In this document: positions 20,610-27,760 of the stretch, piece after piece | Layout of the letters: every line of letters starts with the position of its first letter | How positions within the stretch are numbered: position 1 is the first letter of the stretch | Source: a bacterium | Lineage (GTDB): Bacteria; Sysuimicrobiota; Sysuimicrobiia; Sysuimicrobiales; Humicultoraceae | Reading direction: 5' to 3' | DNA: 64,000 bases | NCBI GenBank assembly: GCA_031082185.1 | Contig: JAVHLI010000004.1 | Coordinates: 11,608 to 75,607 of the forward strand | Notes under the pieces: model-generated | What the model was told of the DNA's origin: nothing | The model's input: only the letters and a program-made list of their open reading frames with translations | Database searches by the model: none | Translations under genes and position numbers: made by a program

Positions 20610-21455
20610 TTACCGAAGTTTCACATGGCGGGCCGCCACCGCCCGGGCGGCGATGTTGACGCTCAGCACAATGGTCATCAGGACCAGGGCGCCGGCCCAC
20701 GCCTGCCGGTGCCAGTCCTCGAAGGGCGAGACGGCGTAGGCGAAGATCTGCAGGGGCAGGGCGGCGATCGGTTGCAGCAGGTCCCAGTTCCAGAACCGGT
20801 TCCCGAACGCGGTGAAGAGCAACGGCGCGGTCTCGCCCGCGATGCGGGCCAGCCCCACCATGATGCCGGTCACGATCCCGCCGGCGGCGGTGGGCAACAC
20901 CACCCGAAGCAGCGTTCGCCACTGGGGGATACCCAGCGCCAGTGACGCCTCGCGAACGCTCTGGGGGACCAGCCGCACTATCTCCTCGGTGGTCCGCATC
21001 ACCGTCGGGATCAGCATGATCCCCAGCGCTACGCCGCCGGAGGCGGCGCTGAAATGGCGCAGGGGCAGCACCAGAATGGTGTAGGCAAACAGGCCCATCA
21101 CGATGCTGGGCACCCCGTTCATCACGTCGGCCATCAGCCGCACGGCACCGGCGAGCCGGCTGTTGGGGCATTCCGCCAGGAACGTCCCGCCCAGCACGCC
21201 GACCGGCATCCCGAGCAGCGCGGCCAGGCCCACCAGCACCAGCGTGCCGGAGATGGCGTTGGCCATCCCGCCGCCGGGCTCGCCGGCGGCCCCGGGCAGG
21301 TGGGTGAAGAATTCCAGGTTCAGGGCGCCCAGGCCGGTGCGGGCCAGGAAGAAGAGGATGAGGAACAGCGGGACCAGCGCGGCCACGGTGCACAGGAATG
21401 TCACCCCGGCCATCAGGCGGTCGGTCCAGCGGCGGCGCAGATAGGAGCGGGCCAT
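20610..21455 (-). CDS. pstA: Phosphate ABC transporter permease PstA
   Basis: [20 protein letters not shown] and [13 protein letters not shown] motifs. Confidence 0.95.
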   Translation of the reverse strand: MARSYLRRRWTDRLMAGVTFLCTVAALVPLFLILFFLARTGLGALNLEFFTHLPGAAGEPGGGMANAISGTLVLVGLAALLGMPVGVLGGTFLAECPNSRLAGAVRLMADVMNGVPSIVMGLFAYTILVLPLRHFSAASGGVALGIMLIPTVMRTTEEIVRLVPQSVREASLALGIPQWRTLLRVVLPTAAGGIVTGIMVGLARIAGETAPLLFTAFGNRFWNWDLLQPIAALPLQIFAYAVSPFEDWHRQAWAGALVLMTIVLSVNIAARAVAARHVKLR

Positions 21456-21458
21456 CGG

Positions 21459-22388
21459 CTACTCCCGAATGAGGCCCGGGCCCCGCGCCACGCGGGCCAC
21501 CAGCAGGCGGGCCAGGATGTTGACCGTCAGCGTGACCAGGAAGAGGACGAGCCCGGCGTAGATGATCGCGGCCACGTACAGGTCGTCGGTGGCCTCGGCG
21601 AACTCGTTGGCGATCACCGCCGCGATGGTGTAGCCCGGCGCGAGAAGCGACGCCCTGATCTGGGGCACGTTGCCGATGACCATGGTGACCGCCATGGTCT
21701 CGCCCAAGGCCCGGGCCAGAGCCAGGAAGATCGCGCCCACGATCCCTGAGCGGGCATACGGGATGACCGCGGTCCGGGTGGTCTCCCAGACGGTAGCTCC
21801 CAGGGAGAGCGCGGCCTCACGCTGCGAAGTCGGCACCGCCCGCATTACCTCGGTGCTGGCGGCGATGATGAAGGGCACGACCATGATCGCCAGGATCAGC
21901 CCGGCGGCCAGCATCCCAATGCCCAGCGGCGGCCCCTCGAACAGCGGCAGGAAGCCCAACGTCGCCTTCAGCGGCGGCGAGAGCGTCGTCCGCACCCAGG
22001 GGACCAGCACAAAGATCCCCCACAGCCCGTAGACCACGCTGGGGATGGCGGCCAGCAGATCGAGCAGGAATCCGACCGGCCGGCGCAGCCAGCCCGGGGC
22101 CAGCTCGGACAGGAAGATGGCGACCCCCAGACCCAGCGGCACGGCCAGGGCCAGCGCGACGGCCGAGGACACCAGCGTGCCGTAGACGAAGGGCAGGGCG
22201 CCGAAGTCGCCGGCGACAGGGTCCCAGGTCGAGGTGGCGAAGAACGCCGGGCCGAACTTCCGGATCGCCGGCCAGGCACCGACGGTCATCGCGGCCAGCA
22301 TGGCGGCCATGATTACCGGCACCACGCCGGCCATCGCTGCCAGCAGCCGCGCGAACAGCCGGTCGCCCATATGCGCGACGTGCCGCAC
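21459..22388 (-). CDS. pstC: Phosphate ABC transporter permease PstC
   Basis: WDP, LAAIPSVVYGLWG, RALGETMAV and IANEFAEA motifs. Confidence 0.95.
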   Translation of the reverse strand: MRHVAHMGDRLFARLLAAMAGVVPVIMAAMLAAMTVGAWPAIRKFGPAFFATSTWDPVAGDFGALPFVYGTLVSSAVALALAVPLGLGVAIFLSELAPGWLRRPVGFLLDLLAAIPSVVYGLWGIFVLVPWVRTTLSPPLKATLGFLPLFEGPPLGIGMLAAGLILAIMVVPFIIAASTEVMRAVPTSQREAALSLGATVWETTRTAVIPYARSGIVGAIFLALARALGETMAVTMVIGNVPQIRASLLAPGYTIAAVIANEFAEATDDLYVAAIIYAGLVLFLVTLTVNILARLLVARVARGPGLIRE

Positions 22389-22396
22389 GGGAGCCG

Positions 22397-23455
22397 TCAG
22401 GGCAGCAACGCCTTCCCCTGCGCGGTGACCGTCCGCAGCGTGCCCTCGACGCGCGCCACCAGGCTCTTGGGCAGCTGCGCGTAGTGCAGCGGCGGCGCGT
22501 ACTTCTGGCCGTCATGGACCGCCCACCGCAGGAAGTCCACCAGGGCCTTGCCCTTGACCGGGTCGGGCTGCTCGCCGTAGATCAGGATCCACGTAAACCC
22601 GGCGATGGGGTAGACGTCCCGGCCCTCGGGATCGGTGAAGAAGATCCGGTAGTCCTCGGGGATTGCCCGCAGCGCGCCATCCATCGCCCGGGTGGTGCTG
22701 GACAGCAAGGGCCGGATGAACTGACCCGCGCGGTTGCGCACATTGCCAACGGGCATCCGGTTGGTCAGCACGTAGGCCAGCTCCACGTAGCCCAGCGCGT
22801 TCGGCATCTGCCGCACGAGGCCGGCGACACCCTCGTTGCCCTTGCCGCCGATCCCGACCGGCCAGTTCACCGACGTACCCTCGCCTACCTTCCTCCGCCA
22901 GTCGGGGCTGACCTTGCTCAGGTAGTTCACCCAGATGGCCGTGGTCCCGGACCCGTCCGAGCGGCGCACCACGATGATGTCGGCGGCCGGCAGCTTCGCC
23001 TCGGGGTTGTCCTTGAGCAGCCGGGGATCGTTCCACTTCGTGATCTTGCCCAGGAAGATGTCGGCCAGGACGCCGGGGGCAAAGTTGAGCCCGGTCCCCA
23101 CACCGGGAATGTTGTACATCGGTACCACCGCGCCGGCCACCATGGGGATGTGCAGCGGGCGGCCGCCGGCCTGGCGAATCTGCGCGTCGGTCATCGGGCC
23201 GTCGGTGGCGCCGAAGTCCACGGTCTTCGCGATGAATTGGCGGATCCCGCCGCCCGAGCCGATGGATTGATAGTTGATGCGCACGCCACGCTCGGCATCG
23301 TAGACCTGCGACCACTTGGAGTAGAGCGGGAACGGAAATGTCGCCCCTGCACCGGTGAGCGTCACCGGCTGCTGGGCGGGGGTGGTCCCCGCCGCGCCGA
23401 GCACCACGGCGGCGCTCAGGGCAAGCGCAGCGAACCACGATAGCGGATTCAACAC
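22397..23455 (-). CDS. pstS: Phosphate-binding protein PstS
   Basis: Signal peptide; GAGATFP, NYQSIGSGGG, RSDGSGTT, GKGNEGV and YPIAGFTW motifs; AAAGGAGG RBS. Confidence 0.96.
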   Translation of the reverse strand: MLNPLSWFAALALSAAVVLGAAGTTPAQQPVTLTGAGATFPFPLYSKWSQVYDAERGVRINYQSIGSGGGIRQFIAKTVDFGATDGPMTDAQIRQAGGRPLHIPMVAGAVVPMYNIPGVGTGLNFAPGVLADIFLGKITKWNDPRLLKDNPEAKLPAADIIVVRRSDGSGTTAIWVNYLSKVSPDWRRKVGEGTSVNWPVGIGGKGNEGVAGLVRQMPNALGYVELAYVLTNRMPVGNVRNRAGQFIRPLLSSTTRAMDGALRAIPEDYRIFFTDPEGRDVYPIAGFTWILIYGEQPDPVKGKALVDFLRWAVHDGQKYAPPLHYAQLPKSLVARVEGTLRTVTAQGKALLP

Positions 23456-23547
23456 TGTCCGGCCTCCTTTGGCTTGGGTGGATCCGAGGGGACGCCCGAT
23501 CGGCGCGCTCCCTTCATCCCAACCCTAAACCCGAAAGGTGGTGGACA

Positions 23548-23588
23548 GGCCAAGGCCAGGTGAACCCTATGTCAAAGGGAGGTGAAAC
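23548..23588 (-). promoter_or_regulatory. PHO-box-like array: four direct repeats at exact 11-bp period upstream of pstS
   Basis: Minus strand GTTTCACCTCC-CTTTGACATAG-GGTTCACCTGG-CCTTGGCC, with cores TTCACC/TTGACA/TTCACC/TTGGCC; possible -10 TAGGGT downstream (23527-23522). Confidence 0.7.
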
Positions 23589-24536
23589 TTACTTGAGGTC
23601 CAGGCGGTATCCGATGCCGCGCACGGCCACGAGCCGCACGCCGCCGCGGGGCTCGACTTTCTTGCGCAGCCAGCCGATGTGAGTATCGAGGGTACGAGAG
23701 TTGCCGAAGTAGTCCTCGCCCCAGACTTCGTGCAGGAGGCGCTCGCGCCGGACCACTTTGCCCTGGTGCCGCAGCAGGAGGTGCAGCAGGCCGAACTCCT
23801 TCGCGGTGAGGGGCACGGGCACGCCGGCCACGGCGGCCTCGTGGCGTTCGGGGTCTACGGCCAGACGGCCGGCCACCAGCGTTAGTTCGACGCCCGCCTG
23901 GACGACAAGGGTCTCCAGGACATTGGCGATGTCCTCGCAGCGGTCGGTGCCGGTCTCAAGCATCTCGCAGATGTCTTTCCACTTGATGATGTCCCTGGCG
24001 CTGCGCCGGCCCGAGAACAGCGCCTCGAGGGCGTCCCGCAGCACGTCGTCGCCCTGGTTCTCCAGGCGGTGCAGCGTCCGTGTGTGGGAGAAGACCTCTC
24101 GCCCGCGGCGCACCTCGCGAATCGCCTGTCTGATCTCCTGCGCCGACCGGAGCATGATCTGTCCCATCTCGCGCGCGGACGGGATCGCCCGCCGGATGCG
24201 ATAGATCGCCAGCCGTGCCGCCGCCGCCTCGATGGCGTCGAGCACGTCGTCGAGAAGCCCGGTCAGGCTCTTTAGCGTGTCACGGTCGCCAGAGGGAATG
24301 CCGGCGGCCGAGAGGGATTCGAAGAGATCGCGCGCAATGGCATCGCCTTTGTGTTCTAGATCCCGAATCGCCTGCCAGGCCTGATCGGCAGGCGTACGGC
24401 TCTCCAGCGCCCCGACGAGCGCCTCGGCGGCATCGAGGATGGCGTGCGTCATCTCCTCGAGAAGGTCGAACTCCCTCTCACGCGGAAGCGGTGCGGCGCG
24501 AGGCGATGGCACCGCGTCGGGTGAAGGATCAACCAT
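23589..24536 (-). CDS. DUF47 (PhoU-fold) domain fused to an OmpR/PhoB-type winged-helix DNA-binding domain
   Basis: N-terminal about 213 aa: LEHKGD, LDDVLDAIE, LENQGD, KWKDICEMLETGTDRCEDIANVLE. C-terminal about 100 aa: LTAKEFGLL, RERLLHEVWG, RTLDTHIGWLRKK, VRGIGY. No receiver domain. Confidence 0.88.
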   Translation of the reverse strand: MVDPSPDAVPSPRAAPLPREREFDLLEEMTHAILDAAEALVGALESRTPADQAWQAIRDLEHKGDAIARDLFESLSAAGIPSGDRDTLKSLTGLLDDVLDAIEAAAARLAIYRIRRAIPSAREMGQIMLRSAQEIRQAIREVRRGREVFSHTRTLHRLENQGDDVLRDALEALFSGRRSARDIIKWKDICEMLETGTDRCEDIANVLETLVVQAGVELTLVAGRLAVDPERHEAAVAGVPVPLTAKEFGLLHLLLRHQGKVVRRERLLHEVWGEDYFGNSRTLDTHIGWLRKKVEPRGGVRLVAVRGIGYRLDLK

Positions 24537-24544
24537 ACGCACCG

Positions 24545-24553
24545 AGCATACCA
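24545..24553 (-). promoter_or_regulatory. Extended -10 of the DUF47-wHTH gene (probably leaderless)
   Basis: TG-G-TATGCT 8 nt before the ATG; no SD. Confidence 0.55.
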
Positions 24554-24612
24554 CGTCAGGCGCCACCGGGCGCACCGAGCGCTTCGGGGCAGGCGGAGCA
24601 CGCCGAAGCACG

Positions 24613-24644
24613 GGCGGGCCCGGCGCATATGCGCCGGGCCCGCC
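24613..24644. repeat. Perfect 32-bp palindrome downstream of the DEAD-box gene
   Basis: ggcgggcccggcgcat|atgcgccgggcccgcc; no U-tract. Confidence 0.8.
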
Positions 24645-24666
24645 ACGATCATGTATGTCGCCCGCG

Positions 24667-25800
24667 CTACCGGTACAGCGGCAGCGGGTGGGGCTGAAGC
24701 GCCGAGCCGATCCGCCGCTTCAGCAGGTCGAACACTTCCATGTCGTACTGACCTACAAAGGTAACCGCCTCGCCTGCACGGCCGGCCCTGGCAGTGCGGC
24801 CGATCCTGTGGATGTAGGTATCCACGTCCTCGGGCATGTCGAAGTTAATCACGTGCGAGATGTCGGGAATGTCCAGCCCGCGGGCGGCCACGTTGGTGGC
24901 CACCAGCACCTGGGCCTTGCCCTTTGCGAAAGCGGTCAGCGCGCGCACCCGCGCGCCCTGGGTCATGTCGCCGTGAATCACCTCGGCCGGCTGGCCCCGC
25001 TCGCGCAGGATCTTCGCAAGACGATCGGCACCCCGGCGGGTCCGCCGGAAGACAAGGGCAGAGGGCACCTCGCCGCTGGTCAGCAGCAGCCGCAGCGCCC
25101 GTACTTTGTCCTGTTCGGCCACTTCCAGGTAGTACTGCGTGACCGTATCCACCGTGGGCATCTTGTCGGCAACCCTAACCCACGCCGGGTTGCGCATGTG
25201 CCGCGCCGCGATCGTAGACACCGCATCCGGCAGCGTGGCTGAGAACAGAGCCGTCTGGCGCGCCGCCGGCGTCCGTCTGAGGATCTCCTCGACGTCGGGC
25301 AGGAAACCCATGTCCAGCATCCGGTCGGCCTCGTCCAGAACCAGGAACCGGACGCCGTCGAGCTTCACGGACCCCCGGGAGATGTGGTCGAGCAGGCGGC
25401 CCGGCGTGGCCACTGCCACCTGAACGCCGGCGCGCAGCGCGGTGAGCTGCCGCTCGATGGGCTGCCCGCCGTACAGCGCGGTAACGCGGAGCTTGGGTCC
25501 GCCCAGCGCGCGCACCGCGTCCGCGATTTGCAGGGCCAGCTCGCGGACGGGTGAGAGTATGAGCGCCTGGATCCCTCGGGCGTTACGGTCGAGGCGCTCC
25601 AGCATGGGAATCACATAGGCACCGGTCTTGCCGGAGCCGGTCTGGGCCTGGCCGGCCACATCGTGCCCGGCGGTCAGCCCTGGGATAACCTTCAACTGAA
25701 TGGGGGTGGGTTCGGTCCACCCAAGACGGGCTATCGCCCGGATGGTCTCCGGGCGCAATACGAGGCCGCCGAACGCGGTCTCGCGCGTTGAAATGGAAAT
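24667..25800 (-). CDS. DEAD-box RNA helicase (compact, 377 aa; probable ATT start)
   Basis: PTPIQ, AQTGSGKT, PVRELA, TPGRLLD, DEAD, SAT, ARGLD and HRIGRTAR motifs. AGGAGGT lies 7 nt before in-frame ATT 25800. Confidence 0.9.
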   Translation of the reverse strand: MSISTRETAFGGLVLRPETIRAIARLGWTEPTPIQLKVIPGLTAGHDVAGQAQTGSGKTGAYVIPMLERLDRNARGIQALILSPVRELALQIADAVRALGGPKLRVTALYGGQPIERQLTALRAGVQVAVATPGRLLDHISRGSVKLDGVRFLVLDEADRMLDMGFLPDVEEILRRTPAARQTALFSATLPDAVSTIAARHMRNPAWVRVADKMPTVDTVTQYYLEVAEQDKVRALRLLLTSGEVPSALVFRRTRRGADRLAKILRERGQPAEVIHGDMTQGARVRALTAFAKGKAQVLVATNVAARGLDIPDISHVINFDMPEDVDTYIHRIGRTARAGRAGEAVTFVGQYDMEVFDLLKRRIGSALQPHPLPLYR

Positions 25801-25981
25801 TAGACTTACCTCCTGATTTGACCCGGGGGAAACCCGGGCCGGGTTTGAGCCGGCATCATGCGCGTGCCCACCGGTCCACCCAGCCCTGGTGAGATAAACT
25901 CCGCGGACACATGAAACGGGCGACTCAGCAGTTACATCGCCCGATTCGGAAGACGCAACTATGACGACTGGGGTTACTGTA

Positions 25982-26425
25982 TCACACTACCCGCACGAGT
26001 TCAACCCCGCCCAACTCCAGAACCCGGCGCGCCGCCTCGTCCGGATACTCCCCTGAGAATACCACGCGGCGCAGCCCCGAGTTGAGGATCATCTTGGCGC
26101 AGGTCAGGCACGGCTGGTGGGTAACGTAGATCGCGGCGCCCGCGATGGCGACGCCGTGGTAGGCCGCCTGGATAATGGTGTTCTGCTCGGCGTGCAGGCA
26201 CAGACAGGTGTCATGACCCGTGCCCGGGGGCGTGTCGCCCGCGCACCTCTCGCAGCCGCCGTCGCCGCAGTTGGGCAGCCCCCGGGGAGTGTCGTTGTAG
26301 CCCGTTGACAGAACCATCCGGTCCTTGACCACGACCGCGCCCACCTGGCGGCGCAGGCAGGTGGAGCGGCTGGATGCGAGTTGAGCCATCCGCATGAAGT
26401 ACGTGTCCCACGAAGGTCTGCTCAT
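25982..26425 (-). CDS. dCMP deaminase family protein
   Basis: RPSWDTYFM, RSTCLRRQVGA, TGYN, LHAEQN and PCLTC motifs. Confidence 0.92.
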   Translation of the reverse strand: MSRPSWDTYFMRMAQLASSRSTCLRRQVGAVVVKDRMVLSTGYNDTPRGLPNCGDGGCERCAGDTPPGTGHDTCLCLHAEQNTIIQAAYHGVAIAGAAIYVTHQPCLTCAKMILNSGLRRVVFSGEYPDEAARRVLELGGVELVRVV

Positions 26426-26437
26426 TCAGAAGGCCGT

Positions 26438-27760
26438 CTAAAAAGCCGTAAGGTAACTGTCAACTTCCCACGGGTGTACGCGGGTGATGTACTCCCGCCA
26501 CTCCAGTCGCTTGGCCCGTACAAGATGATCTACGATGTGGCTGCCGAGCGTCTCAGTGATGAGCTCGTCGGCCAGGAGTTCCCCCACCGCCTCGTCGAGG
26601 TTGCGGGGAAGCACCCGGATGCCCAACTGATCCAGCTCGTCTTCCGTCATCGCGTAGAGGTTCCGGTTGAGCGGCGGGCCGGCGTCCAGCCCTCTTGTGA
26701 TGCCGTCGAGGCCGGCGGCCAGCATCACCGCCATGGCCAGGTAGGGGTTGCAGGAGGGATCCGGCATGCGCAGCTCCACGCGCGTGCCGTCCCCGCGCGA
26801 CACCGGGACGCGAACCAGCGGCGACCGGTTGCGCTCGGCCCAGGCGATGTAAACCGGTGCCTCGTACCCCGGCACCAGGCGCTTGTAGGAGTTGACCAGG
26901 GGGTTGGTCACCGCGCACATGCCCCGCGCGTGGGTCAGCAGCCCAGCGACGTATTGCAGGCAGGTCGCGCTGAGCTGGTGGGTGCCCTCAGGGTCGTAGA
27001 AGGCGTTCTTCCCCTCGCGGTACAGCGACTGGTGGGTGTGCATCCCCGACCCCGCGATGCCGGTAATGGGCTTCGGCATGAAGGTCGCGTGAAGCCCGTG
27101 GCGCCTGGCGATCGTCCGCACCACCAGGCGGAACGTGGCGATGTTGTCGGCCGCGCGCAGCACGTCGGCGTACTTGAAGTCAATCTCGTGCTGGCCGTTG
27201 GCCACCTCGTGGTGCCCGGCCTCGACCTCGAAGCCCATGGCTGAGAGCGCGGTCACCATGTCTGCCCGCGCCTCTTCACCCTTGTCCACGGGCGCCATGT
27301 CGAAGTAGCCGGCCCGGTCGTGCGTCGTCAGCTTGGGCTGGCCGTCGGCGTCGGTGGGAAAAAGGAAGAACTCGCACTCCGGCCCGGCCATCATGGTGAA
27401 CCCACTGCGCGCGGCAGCGGCGACGACGCGACGCAGCACGGAGCGGGGATCGCCCGCGAACGGCTCCCGCTCGGCGGTATAGACGTCGCAAATCAGGCGC
27501 GCCGTGGCCCCCTCCCGGTTCTTCCACGGAAAGAGCGCGAAAGTCTCGCGATCCGGTATGAGATACATGTCCGACTCCTCTATGCGCACGAAGCCCTCGA
27601 TAGAGGAACCGTCAAACAGGATCTCGTTGTCGAGCGCCCTCTCGAGCTGCTCCACCGGGATCTCCACGTTCTTTAGGGTACCCAGGATGTCCGTGAACTG
27701 CAGGCGGACAAACCTCACACCCCACGCGTGGGCCTGCTCAAGCACCTGTTCTTTCGTCAT
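26438..27760 (-). CDS. glnA: Type I glutamine synthetase (GSI-alpha size, 440 aa)
   Basis: LQFTDILG, FDGSSIEGFVRIEESD, HHEVANGQHEI, TFMPKP, NSYKRLVPGYEAP and ELRMPDP motifs; AGGAG RBS. Confidence 0.96.
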   Translation of the reverse strand: MTKEQVLEQAHAWGVRFVRLQFTDILGTLKNVEIPVEQLERALDNEILFDGSSIEGFVRIEESDMYLIPDRETFALFPWKNREGATARLICDVYTAEREPFAGDPRSVLRRVVAAAARSGFTMMAGPECEFFLFPTDADGQPKLTTHDRAGYFDMAPVDKGEEARADMVTALSAMGFEVEAGHHEVANGQHEIDFKYADVLRAADNIATFRLVVRTIARRHGLHATFMPKPITGIAGSGMHTHQSLYREGKNAFYDPEGTHQLSATCLQYVAGLLTHARGMCAVTNPLVNSYKRLVPGYEAPVYIAWAERNRSPLVRVPVSRGDGTRVELRMPDPSCNPYLAMAVMLAAGLDGITRGLDAGPPLNRNLYAMTEDELDQLGIRVLPRNLDEAVGELLADELITETLGSHIVDHLVRAKRLEWREYITRVHPWEVDSYLTAF

